Positions 1 through 11,575 of a stretch of 64,000 bases of DNA are shown one piece after another. The translations under genes and the position numbers were made by a program. The notes below the pieces were generated by a model. It saw only the letters and a list, made by a program, of their open reading frames with translations. It was not told the DNA's origin and did not search any database. The stretch is from Rhizaria sp. SCN 62-66. Taxonomy: Eukaryota. Every line of letters begins with the position of its first letter. Position 1 is the stretch's first letter. The stretch is taken from assembly GCA_001724265.1 (NCBI GenBank), contig MEDY01000086.1, positions 1-64,000 of the forward strand, in the 5' to 3' direction.

Positions 1-154
1 CAGTGATGTTTATTGAGGATGGGGAGTCTGGCCGAGTGCCGCCACACCACAAACATGTGGGGGAAGAGGCTCAATCGGCCCAATTCGCGACCCCCGTGTA
101 AAATAGCCTGGCTGCCGCAGATGACGAGATGACCAAGCCAATAGTATGGCTAGT

Positions 155-203
155 AATACATACTTTTATGTGCGTTTTCAATACATACTTTTATGTGCAT
201 TTT
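155..203. repeat. Short tandem duplication (25-bp period)
   Basis: AATACATACTTTTATGTGC occurs at 155-173 and 180-198, each copy followed by (G/A)TTTT. Confidence 0.75.
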
Positions 204-265
204 AGTAGTACTTAAGTCATATATGTTTCAACAATAAATAGTGAACGGTCAAGTAGGAATACTCC

Positions 266-617
266 TGTTACCGCCGACATTCTGCATAAAATTCCAGTCG
301 ACAGCATTTGCCGACCGCGATTTAAAGGTGGCGTTTCTTGTGTATACACACTTCGTTTTCCTGTGAACACAGACTCTCAATTTCTATGAAAGCAACAAGA
401 ACCAAGTATAGAATTCGAATAATATGTATGTAAATGATATCATAAATTGTTATTGTTGTTTTCATAGAAAAAGAGAGTCTGTGTTCACAGGAAAACGAAG
501 TGTGTATACACAAGAAACGCCACCTTTATATACCCGCCCCGAAACGACCGTGGGTGGTGTTTGCCCCAGTGTGAGCCTGTGAGACTTGGTATTTTATGCT
601 AAATGTCGGCGGTAACA
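266..617. mobile_element. Small non-autonomous TIR element with TGT...ACA ends and 5-bp TSD (Ginger/TDD-like MITE or solo-LTR-like), interrupted by a nested MITE
   Basis: TGTTACCGCCGACATT (266-281) is the exact reverse complement of AATGTCGGCGGTAACA (602-617); the match extends to 27 bp with 2 mismatches. Direct repeat ACTCC flanks both ends (261-265, 618-622). Confidence 0.75.
325..526. mobile_element. MITE with long perfect TIRs and TA target duplication (Tc1/mariner-type)
   Basis: 323-378 is the perfect reverse complement of 473-528 (56 bp including the flanking TA), extending imperfectly about 20 bp further inward. AT-rich core with no convincing coding capacity. TA at 323-324 and 527-528. 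Confidence 0.85.
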
Positions 618-888
618 ACTCCTTGAAACACAGAGGTGACCAGAGATGCTTGCGGCGTCCAGGCACAACTGGTAACAGTAACCATGGTAACGCAAAGGGG
701 ACAAAGAGAGAAAAAAGAGTCGAGAAATAATATGTTTAGCTGTTTGTATGATTGATTAATTAAATGAACGCGTTCAGATGACGCGGCGATTGAAACAAGC
801 GTTTTGATTGACACCTAGTTGCCTGTGTACGTTTCGTTGTTCGCAGGCACGCACTCCTGAGTTGTTGGCATTGTTGTGTGACGTGTGG

Positions 889-917
889 ATAAATAAGCGA
901 TAAATAAGCAATAAATA
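889..917 (-). promoter_or_regulatory. Cluster of three UAUUUAU AU-rich elements in the putative 3' UTR of the CCCH gene
   Basis: Plus-strand ATAAATA at 889, 900 and 911 (11-nt period) reads TATTTAT on the gene's sense strand. More copies at 1417, 1451 and 1467. The 3' UTR extent is unknown. Confidence 0.4.
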
Positions 918-2101
918 CACCGTTGCACACAAAATAATAGGGCAAGCACAGCTGACAAAATACAGCCTGGAGATACAGGGAATAAGTGTCAACGAAAAGA
1001 CTCAAGTGACAAGAGCACTTCTGCTGGAGTCGCAATCGATGATACGAGTCGAATCGAGAGCAACAGCAACAGCAAAGGAAGGCAAAACATGCGCAGAGAA
1101 GACCAACGCGCACAGCCCAGGTCAAAAACACAACTCACGGAACAGAAACAAGGAAGAAAAAAAAACGCTTTGAGAATAAAGTACAACAAAGCAGTGAACG
1201 ATGAAACGAAACAGAGACAACGAATAGACTGAAGTGATCATAATGGTGCGATGAACAACAGCACCGAACGAAAGCAACAACAACACAGTACAGTGCTAAG
1301 TAGTAACATTATAGTTTGGATATAAAGATTACTTTCGGTCACAATCAAAGACCATTGAGAGTTTTCACACAAGTCAGCTCGAGCAAACCCGATCAAAGTC
1401 ACCAATGAACGATGACATAAATATGAGTCGATTTGTTATCAATCGACTCGATAAATACCTAAAATAATAAATATCGCACGCTCCGTTAATCTCGCTTTCT
1501 CTCGCCCTCGGCAATAAGACCTGAGCCTGAGAGTGTCGACTATTAATGTGTTGTGTTGTGTTGTGTCGATGCCACGATATCGAGCACTGATGTTGATTAT
1601 AGATACTAATATACTTCGTATATGGCCTTTGTAGAGTTCTTAGGACGGCCATAGTGTGATCATGCCGGTTATTGTGGTGAATAAGAGTGGGCTACTTTGT
1701 TGTGCTGTGTTGTGTTGTGCGAGCGATTCGCGATCCGGAGACAATTAGACTGAAGTATTGCAATTACAAAGGGCACTTACACCAGGTAAGTACAAGACAT
1801 AGAAACATAGCAGCAACGATAGGAATTGCTGTTATGCCTCCTAACAATGTCTTGTTTGGTCATCCTTCGTAACTGAGACACATGTGTCTACGACAAAAGC
1901 ACGAAACACTGCAAATTATACAAGATAGAGATAACTGCGTTAAAAAAAAACACGACTGCGAAAGAATAAAATAGGAACATCACAGCAACAAAACAAAACA
2001 CAAACTCCAGCACTCTATGTGCAACAAATCAAACAGCAATAACATGATAGCGACACTTGACGGCGACAGGCAAAGTAGGCAAGTACCCCTAAGGGGGTAC
2101 C

Positions 2102-3639
2102 TTAGTTGGTGACACGCTTAGTCTCCTACTCCGTTGCGGACCCCGCCGCGCTAGCCGCAGTATCAGCAGTGGCGCTGGCGCTAGCATTGCCGCCACCGTT
2201 GGGACTGCAGTTGTTGATGTTGCTGTCGTCGTCGGCCGAGGCGGCCAGTGGCTCAGCGGCGACGACGACGATGGGGGCGGCCAGTGCGGCCCACAGTCCC
2301 AGCGGCTTGCTGTGGTGGCTGTTGCCGGCGCTGCTCAGAACCGTGCTGCCGATCCCAACCCCGGCCACAGGCACGGCCGCAGTTGCTGCAGAGGCGGGGC
2401 CGGTGCCGAAGCTGCTGTTGGCGCTCACGCCGCCGGCCTCGAGGGCGGCAACGCCGCTGGCGCTGCCGCCAGCCGTCGTGGTCGAGGTGGTGAAGACGGC
2501 GGCGGCGAACTCCGCGCTGCGGCTGTGGCCGAGAGACGGCAACAGCGCAGCCGCCGCCGCAGTCGTGGTCGTCAAAGTGGCAGTGGTGGTGTGAGAGGAG
2601 GAGTCGAGGGAGAACTTGGTGGCCTCGAGTGAAAGCGCGCCGAGCCCCAAGTAAAACTGCTCGCTGGTGCTGCTATTCGACATCGCAACGTTGCCGTTGC
2701 TGTTGTTGACGCCGGTGTGGCCGTAGACCGAGGCGGCGGCGGCGGCCAGCCGCGGGGAGTCGGCCAACAGCTCCCGGCCGGCGCCAGCGACCGCGGCCGC
2801 GGCGGCGACTGCAGCCGCGGCGGCGGCGTCTGAGGCCGAGAGCACGGCTACCGCTGCGCTGTTGCTGCCATTACTACCATTCGTGGTGTTGATGTTGTTG
2901 CTGTTGCTATTGTTGTTGTTGTTGTTCACGTTAGGGTGGTGGCTGAGAGTGGATGAGGAGGACGAAGGGGACGGGGCAGGGAAGGAGGTGCCCAGCACGG
3001 TCGCGACCATCGTTGGCAGATCAATGTCATTTGCACCCGCGACAACAAGGTGTGCATTATTCACACCAGCGTTTGTGCTCGTGCCAGCACCAGCGCCAGC
3101 GCCAGTGAGAGAAAGAGGGACGGGTGTGTGTGCGCGGCCGAGTAACGGGGTGCCGGGCGCTAAGGGGGTACTTACCCCAGGTAACGGGGTACTTACTCCG
3201 GGCACGCCGCCCGCTCCGAACGAAGGGGTCCCCGGCACCCTTCCTGCCACCGCAGCGACAACAGCAGCAGCAGCAACAGCAGCAGCGGCGGCGGCGGCGG
3301 CAGCGGCAGCGGCGGCGGAGCTCGAGTGGGAGTGAGAGTTGGAGGTGATCGAGTCCCCGCCGACGCTGGTCGAGGCTGAGAGCGCCGGCGACGCGGAACC
3401 CGGGGCCAGGAGGCCGGCCGTCGTCACACTCAACCCGCCCATGCCAGCGCCAGCCACGCCAGTGCCAGCGCCAGCGCCAGTGCCAGTGCCAGAGCTGGAG
3501 CTAGAGATGGCAGAAGTGCCCGCGATGCCGCTGTTGGCATTCGCGGCAGCGGCGGCGGCGGCGGCAGCGGCTAGAGTAGGTGAGAGGAGGTTGCCGTCTG
3601 AAGTTAAGCCGCCGAGGGGCAGAACAAACGCGTCGTTAT

Positions 3640-3670
<31 letters not shown>

Positions 3671-6600
3671 CAATGACGGCGTCACTGAGGCGGCACCAGC
3701 ACTGGTGGAGATGGGTGCAATGCCGAAGAACACTGAGTTGCGGCCGACGCTGACGCCAACGGTGCCCGCAGTGCCCATATTGGCACCATGACTGCCACTA
3801 GTAGCGTTGCTGCTGTTGGCAAAGTTGCTGCTGGCAGAATTCGTGCTGCTGGGCAAAGGAGACGGGGAAGGCGCACGCAAGTTCGCGGCACGGGACGGCG
3901 TCGACAGCGGCAGCGGCGGCAGCGGCGACGCGTTTGCGGCGGCGCCGGCAGCAGCAGCGGCGGACACGGCAGCGCCGAGGGCATTAGTAGTGGCGGCGCC
4001 TGTCGCGCTACTATGGAAGGGGGCGGGGGATGAAGTACGGGACGACACCGCTGAAGACGGCAGCGACGCGCGCGCTGCCCCGACGAAACCCGCATTCGCT
4101 GTAGCCGCAGCCCCTGTCGCATTCGCACTGGCGCTGGCGCTGGCGCTAGCGTTGGCACCGGTGGCGGCCAGAGGGCTCGCCATCGTGCCAGCGCCTGCGC
4201 TGCTGCCGCTGCCAGCGACGGCGGCCCCGGGGACGTTCTGCGAGACAGAGCCCTTGCGGGGGGACGCCAGCGGCAAAGGGGGGACGCCTGGGGCCCCCGC
4301 TCCAGTACTCGCGAGTGCGCCAGTACTCGTGCCCCCGGCACTCGCAAGGGGGGCGCCAGCGCCGGAGCCCGAGACGCTGGCGGCGCTGCTCATGATGAGG
4401 TTGGCGCTGTTGTTGCTGTGCGAAGGCAGAGGGAGAGCGCCCGTGTGCGAGCGGGTGCGGGAGGGCTCGCGGTGGAACCCGGAGCCGAAACCGCCGAAAC
4501 CGGAGCCGAAGCCGGACCCAAAGCCGCCGCCGCTGAGAGTGGGGTTGTTCAGGCCGCCGCTGAGGCCACCGCTGTTGATGGTGTTGTTGTTGAAGCCGGT
4601 GCCATCGACGGTGACGGCAACGTCCGTGTCGGCCTCGCTGTTGTACTGCTGCTGCAAGAGCGCGGCGGCGGTGGCGGCCGGCGTGGCCACAGGCACCGTC
4701 ACCGGCACGGGCACGGTCACGGCCATTGGCACTGCGGGGCTGAAGCCTGCGCTCGACACGGGCCGGGGACGAGTTGCATTCGCATTCGCACTGGCGCTGG
4801 CGCTGGCGCTGGCGGTGGGGGTGGCGGTGGGGGAGGCTGAGCCGGCGGCCGCAGCCAGAGAGCCAGAGCCCATCGAACCCAAAGAGCCCCCCGCAGCCCC
4901 GGCGCCGACAGTAGGGGAACTAGAGCCAGCGCCAGCGCCAGCGCCGGAGATCGAGCCAACAGAGCCGGCAGTGGCCGTGTTGATGTTGATGTTGATGCTG
5001 CGGCGGTTGGGAGTGGGCGGCAGAGCGCTGCTGCTGCCGCCGGTACCGGTACTCGAGGTGGTCGCGGTCACCAGGGGAAGCTGCTGCTGTTGTTGCTGCT
5101 GCTGCTGGTCAGAAGATAAGCTGCCACCGGCTCCCGTGCGGAGAGGGGGGCGGGGCGGGGCGCCGGGCGTGGTACTTACATTCGAGGTACTTCCAGTCAC
5201 ACCGCCTGCGCCAGCAGAGGCGGACGGAACGAGTGCGGGCGAGAGGCCATGGACACTGCCCGAGGTACTTACATTGCCGCCAGGTGTACTTACACTGTAG
5301 GCGGGCATCAGCGACGCGACTCCGACACACACGGTCGAATTGGAGGCATTGGCATTGCCGCTACTGTTGCTGTTGCTGGCCGTCATGTTAGCATTGGTGG
5401 CGGCGGCGTTCGCAGACGAGGTCGAGAAAGAGAACAGCGGTGCATTAACTGCGTTGGTAGCATTTGTGCCAGAACCCGTGAGGGCGCCGGTAGCACTCGT
5501 GGCTGCGCCGCCGCCGCCGCCGTACTGGTGGTGGTGGGCGGGCACCGGGGTCGATGACAGCGCCAGCGGGGGCATGCCGCCGTAGCCACCGGGGCCTAAA
5601 GGAGCGAAACAAGGGAGAAATAAAGCAATATGACAAGAGTGAGGATAAAACATGGTCATAAAACAATATCGCACCAAAACGAAATTAAATGAATGTAAAA
5701 CTTAGTTTTTCATGTTAAAGTATAATTTGGAGCCGTAAAGAAATGATATATGCGGTCTGATCTCTTGTTTTGTGAATTGTACACGTACCTGGCGTGGAGG
5801 GCGAAACGACGTTTGAGTAGCTCGACAACGGGGTCATGGCCTGCGTTAACGCCGCCGTGACGTCCGCCGCCGCCGCCGCCGCCGCGGCGGCCGCCGCCGA
5901 GAGAGGGGCCGCGGGGGAGGCGCCGTAGCCGCTGTTGTTGTTAACCGCATTGTTGTTGTTGTACGCGCCCTGGCCGGCGTTGTTGTTGTTGCCGTAGACT
6001 GAGCCGGCGACAGAGCCCGCGGCGGAGAAGGCAGGGATGGGCGTGGGGTTATATGGCGTGCCGAACAGACTCGCGCCGGTCACATACGCACCGTTGTTGC
6101 CGCTGTTGCTGTTACTGTTCGCGGCATTGTTAGCATTGTTGTTGTTATTGTTGTACATCTGATACCCGGTGTTGTTACCACCATTGCCGTAGTACTGCTG
6201 GGGCTGCTGCTGTTGAGAGGAGGACGAGGGCGGGAAAGGGTTCAGTGCAGCCGAGGCCGGTCGCGGCGGCACCCCGCCGGTACCCCCACCAGTACCCATG
6301 AGTCCGCCGCCGACACCGCCGCCGACGCCGCCAACGCCAATGCCGCCGCCGCCGCCGAAGCTGCTGGCGGGACGGGCGATGCCGGTGGGGGCGAGCAGCG
6401 ACTGGCCGCCGCCAGAGGCAGCCGCCGCACCGGTTGTGTTGGCAGCGTTGGGGGACACGGGGCCATTGGGATTGTTGTTGTTGCCACCGTTGGGGTTGGG
6501 ATTGTAGGGGTACGAGGGGCGGATGTGGGGCGAGGGGTGGTGCTTGTACAGCCCAGGCCCCGTTCCGTGAGACTGCATGAAGCCACCGCCACCGCCGCCG

Positions 6601-9389
6601 CCGCCACCGCCGCCGCCGTTGTGGTTGTTGCTGTAGGCGTTGAAGGGGAGCTGATTGATGTTGCCGTTGCCGTTGCCGTCTTCGTCGTTACCGTGGCCGT
6701 TGTGGTGGTGGTTGGGGTTAGCGCCCCAGTACGAGTCAGCTTGGCTGTTGTCGTTGTTGTTGTTGGTGCCGCCAGTGTAGGTGTTGTTGTTGTTGTTGTT
6801 ATAATTGCCACCGCCGCCGCCGTAGCCGCTGTACTGGGACCCCTGCTGCTGTTGGGGATTGTGGACATGTCCGCCAGCAGCAGTGTTGTTGGGGTCGTAG
6901 TAAAAGCTCCCATGCTGCGACTGAGCCCCCAGTGAAGGAGCTCCCCAGCCGCCCCCGCCGCCCCCGCCGCCAACGCCAGCGCCAGCGCCGCCGGCGACGA
7001 CGGCGGTGCTGTCGACGCCCCCGTACTCGCTCCCGTAGTGTCTACCGTGGTAGCCGCCGGGGAAGGTGTTGTTGGGAGCAAAGCCGTTGCCGCCGCCGTC
7101 ATCGTCGTCATCATCAACATCGTTGTTAGTATTATTGTTGTTGTTGTTGTTGTTGTTGGCGTTGTAGGGGCCGCCGAAGCGAGACTGCTGCTGTTGTTGT
7201 TGGCCATTGTTGTAGCTGCTATACTGGTTCCCAGTGGTGATGTTCGCGGCAGTGGTAGAGCCAGCGCCAGAGCCGTGGTTGGAGGCGACAGAGGGCGTAC
7301 TCACACCCATCGAGCCGCTACTTACATTGTTCCCGGCAGCCGCATTGCTGCTGTTGTTGTTGCTGGGGTTGACGGCGATGCGCATCGGCGGCGACAGAAT
7401 GGTTGGGGCAGCGTTACTGGCATTGGCAGCGTTCGACTGAGACTGGTGCTGGTGCTGAGGCTGGTGTGGGTGTTGGTAGCCATAATGCTGTTGCTGCTGC
7501 TGGTGGTGGTACTGCTGCTGGCTGTTGCTGTTGTAGTTAGCCGGTGAGAAAGCGGGCGCCGAGAGGGCCGGAGACGCCCCCCTGCCAAGCCCGCCGCCAA
7601 GGCCGCCGCCAGAATGGCCGCCGCCGCCGCCTCCGCCGACGGCGACGACTGCGTTGCCGCCGCTGCCGCCGTGCTGCTGCTGGTTGTGGCCATGATTATG
7701 GCTGATGTTAGAGTGGTGGCCGTGGTGACCGCCGCCGCCGCCGCCGCCTGAGGCAGGAGTTAAGCCGCCGTAGCCGCCGCTGCCAGCGCCAGCACCAGAG
7801 CCAGCGAGGTTGTTGTTGCTGCTGCGGCCGCCGCCACCCCCGCCATCGTCGTCGTCATCGTTGTTGATCGGGCCGGCGTTGCCGCCACCAGCGGCGCTGT
7901 TGCTGGCGCTGCCGTTTGTGCTGCTGTTGCCGTCGTCCTCGTCGTCATCGCCCACCTCGTGGATGAACCGACACCGGTGTCCGTAGGGACAGAAGCCGTC
8001 CTTGAGGTAGTTCTTGCAGCGCTCCGTCTTGTACTTTTTGTGCCGGCTCACCGGCCGCAGGTCGATCTCACCGTGCGCGAAACGGCACTTGAGCCCATAC
8101 CGACAGAAGTTGGTCTCGGCGTAGCTGCGGCAGAGCTCAGTCTTGTACAGGCTCGAGTCTGCGCCCGCGCCCGCGGCGTTGGCGGCGGCAGCGGCAGCGG
8201 CGGCGGCAGCGGAGGCCGAAGCCGAGGACGAGAACGAGTCGCGGTGGCCGGAGATGGAAGTCAAGCCACCGGTGGAGGTTAGGCCGCCCGCCGAAGTCAA
8301 ACCGCCGCCGCCACCAGCAGAAGCGTTGGCGGCGTTCGCAGGGGTGAATGGGACAGCGGTCACGGTCACCGCTACCGCATTCGCCCCGTTGGCCCCGGAG
8401 CCAGAGCCAGAGCCTGTACCAGAGGTGTTGTTGTTGTTGTTGTTGGCAAGGGAATCGGAGGCTGCGAGGGAAGTGGCGCGGCCGCGGGCGGTAGCGGAGT
8501 GACCGTGAGAACCACCGGGACCCCCGTGTGTTCCGGCCGAGTCGTCATTGGCGTTGCTGTGGTGGCCGTAACCAGAGCCGCCAGCAGCGTTGCCGTCGTA
8601 GCTGCTGCTGTTGTTGCCGCCGTTGTTGTTGTTGTTGTTGTTGTTGTTATTATTGTTATAGTACTGCTGATGGTAGCCGCTGCTGTTGTTGTTGCTGTTG
8701 TTGTTGTTGTTGTTGCTGTTGGGGGAAGCTGGAGGCCGACCGCCGCCGCCGCTGGTGTTGCTGTTGCCGGCGGCCACGGCAGCCCAGCCACCCATCACAC
8801 CGCTGTTGCTGTTGTTGCGGGCTGAAGAAGTGGGGGGCAGCGGCGGCGTCGCAGCTTGGGGCAAGGACAGCGCAGCACTCACGCCGCCAGAGCCAGCGCC
8901 AGCGCCAGAGCCGGTGGCTGCAGAGGACGAGTACGACGGCCGAGGCGGGGCCAGCGAGCCGCTGAGGCGACGCGCCCCCGCGTTCGTACTATGGCCTCCA
9001 GCGCCGGTGCCAGAGGCGGCCGCGGCGGCAAATGAGAACGCGGTGTTGCCGCCGCCAGAGCTGGTGTTGGCGCTGTTAGAGTTGGGGTGAGGGATCAGTG
9101 GCACTGGCGCCCCAGAGCCCGCGCCCGAACCAGCGCCAGCGCCAGTGTTGGAGCCTGAGGCTGTGAGTCCGCTGCTGCTGCGAGAGTGGGTGGCCGGCGA
9201 GGGCGGCGTCGAGAGCGAGTGGCTGCCGCCGCCGCCGGCGGCGCCGGAGCCGGAGCCATAGTAGCCGGAGCCTCCGGGACCGGCGTTCGGTCGCTGTTGT
9301 TGGGAACGGGGGGCCGAGGCGGCGGCAACAACAGACGCCGCGGTGACGGCAGGCCTTCCAGCATTGCTGTTGTTGTGAGACGACGACAT
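2102..9389 (-). CDS. TIS11/ZFP36 (tristetraprolin/Cth2-family) tandem CCCH zinc-finger RNA-binding protein. Exons 9389-5789 and 5595-2102; 2,364 aa if the TAG at 2126-2128 is read through, 2,356 aa if it terminates there
   Basis: LYKTELCRSYAETNFCRYGLKCRFAHG...YKTERCKNYLKDGFCPYGHRCRFIH (about 8150-7959) is a canonical TTP tandem zinc finger: YKTEL lead-in, CX8CX5CX3H twice, 18-aa linker. ORFs 5715..9389 and 2126..5677 join in phase across an AT-rich GT-AG intron. The remainder is N/G/S/A/Q low-complexity sequence. Confidence 0.88.
5596..5788 (-). other. Spliceosomal intron (193 nt) of the CCCH gene
   Basis: CCAG|GTACGT...TTTAG|GC, AT-rich. The phase-1 junction restores a GGC codon. Confidence 0.85.
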
Positions 9390-10447
9390 TGCTGCGGACG
9401 GAAAAGGGTTAAACAGGCGTACGCCGCTGTTGGGTCGTGCGTAGTGCGGAAGTTTACGGGGTGTTAAGTTCGCAACACTGAGAGGTGGAGTGAAGCTGAA
9501 GGCTTAAGGAGAAAGGGAGTGGGTGTGTGAGTGTTAACTCTGTGTTCAGCCCGCGCAGCTGAGGGGTTGGGGGGAGAGTGCGCGCGGAGGAAGCCGGGGT
9601 GGAGAGGCGCGCGAAGGAAGCGGGCTGATGGGGAGAGCGCAATGCAAGTAAAAGGAGGGTCGGGGAGGGATGTGTGGTAAGGGTCGGGACACAGGAAGTC
9701 GGGGGGGATGTTCCGGGCGTTGGAGGCGAAGATAAAGAGCGGAAGTAGCAGCAACATGATAGATGAGTTAAATATGTGAATGGTACAGGTTCATGAAGTG
9801 GTGGACGAATTGACGAAGAGGACAAACTGTTACGGCCTGCTTTGTGGCGTGCTTTGAAGAGTGTCTGGAACGAGCTTTGAGTGCATGGAAAACGTTCGGA
9901 TTTGCCAATAGACCGTCGTTGAACCAGAGCAACAATCAAATATGCGTTGTGTCGCACACATTTCAAAACAAATTCAAAGTTGCATTCGTGCCCCAAGGAA
10001 CCTCACAGTCAGAAATCTCTGTTTCCCAAAGTCCAACTCAACTCGTGGTTCAGGTTCGTTTGGCTTGCGTCCGAGGCTGAGGCCGAGGCATCAAGTGACC
10101 GTGAGACAGCATCGCAAGCCCTCCTGAGCAACAAAGCACTCTCAATAGTGTGTCTCATGCAAGCAAACACTCGTGACATAATTGGAACTTGAAATAGATA
10201 TAAAACTGAGTTGACTGTGATTTAAACGTGGTTTTGTATTCGCACAGATTGATGCACCTGTGTCTATATCTCGTCATTAAACTGACTCAAAGAGGCCCAC
10301 CTGACCACTTGAACTTCTAAATAAACACCTCTACAAATAAAAGCAAGACATTAGCATGCAACTCGTCGCCAGAAATGTGTGGTTTCTGTTATTTCTACTG
10401 TTGCGCCTGTCTTGGTGCTCGAAATGACGATCTAGTGGTAACTAGGC

Positions 10448-11575
10448 TCACTTCTTCTTCGCACCATCCTCCTCTTCGTTATCATCGTCATCACTGCTGT
10501 CAGAGAGGTCAATGCCGAGCGAAAACATGCCGGCGATCTTCGCCTTCTTCTCCTTGTCGCCAATCACCACGCTCTGGCTACTCGCAGCCGCGGCCGCAGC
10601 CGCAGTCGCTGTCGCATTCTTCGGATCAGTCGAGTCGGAGCCGGTCGCAGCGGCGGCGGCGGCGGCAGCGGCGGCTGCCTTGAGGCCCTCGCTGATGTTG
10701 GCGGCCACAGTCTGCCTGTCCCCCGCCCCGACCCCCTCCAGGTCCCTGCCGCCCGTGTCCTGTCCGAACCGCTTCCCCAAGTCCCTGAGCTCTTCCCTGC
10801 GGGCCTGCTCCGTGGCGGCTACGGCGGCCGCGGCGGCGTCGGCCTCTGCGTCCAGGTCCCCCGGGTGTGAACGCGGACACGTCGTCCCCCGCGTCGCGCA
10901 CGCCGCGCCGTACTGGCACGGCTTCGACCGCGCCTTCGCGCCCCCGCCCCCGCCGACGATGGGGCGGCCGGCGGGGAGCCCCGAAGCGGTGTCTGCGTGG
11001 CTGTGCGCGCTGCCGTCGGGACGGATGCGGTTCCCTGGCGCTGCGCGGTTGATTGCCGCAAACCGGGCGGACACGTCGGTCTGGTCAGTGGCAGACTCGT
11101 CGGCAATCCATTTGAGCAGCGCGCGCTCCGCCTCGACGTGCCGGATGCGGCGGCCCGACAGGTCGCGGCAGGATGAGAAATTGGTCGTCTTCTTGGCGCC
11201 GACCTTGCCCGTCGCGGAGCGCAGTTTTGCGCCGAAACCGCCCTTGCCGCCGCGCAGGCGGGACAGAACTGTGATCGTGACGTCGTCAAAGTCGCTGAAG
11301 TCGGGCGAGGGGACGCTTAGAGCGCAAACTGGGGAAAGGGAAGAAGAAGAGCTAGAGGCGTCATTGCTCCCGTTCTGGATGTCGTGCTTTGAGAGGCAGG
11401 AGCGAAGCGGGGTGTCCGCAGCTGCGGTCAGCAGAGTGGTGGCAAGTAGCAGAGACTGCGAATGGGCCGGAATCCCGTCGAGGCGCGTAATGGCGGTCTG
11501 CAAGTCGGCAAACGTGGCGTCGGCAGAGAGGTCGAGCAGAGCGACTCCGCCGCGCAGGCGGCGCACGAAAATCAT
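10448..11575 (-). CDS. SDE2: Splicing regulator / replication stress factor SDE2 (ubiquitin-like N-terminus, GG|KGG cleavage site), intronless, 375 aa, TGA stop
   Basis: Ubiquitin-like N-terminus followed by the diagnostic RLRGGKGGFGAKLR...KKTTNFSSCRDLSGRRIRHVEAERALLKW motif. Confidence 0.9.
   Translation of the reverse strand: MIFVRRLRGGVALLDLSADATFADLQTAITRLDGIPAHSQSLLLATTLLTAAADTPLRSCLSKHDIQNGSNDASSSSSSLSPVCALSVPSPDFSDFDDVTITVLSRLRGGKGGFGAKLRSATGKVGAKKTTNFSSCRDLSGRRIRHVEAERALLKWIADESATDQTDVSARFAAINRAAPGNRIRPDGSAHSHADTASGLPAGRPIVGGGGGAKARSKPCQYGAACATRGTTCPRSHPGDLDAEADAAAAAVAATEQARREELRDLGKRFGQDTGGRDLEGVGAGDRQTVAANISEGLKAAAAAAAAAAATGSDSTDPKNATATAAAAAAASSQSVVIGDKEKKAKIAGMFSLGIDLSDSSDDDDNEEEDGAKKK

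Noticed and set aside
322-1872. Short ORFs at the left end
   Set aside because: They fall in MITE or AT-rich UTR/intergenic DNA, have non-coding composition and mostly non-ATG starts.
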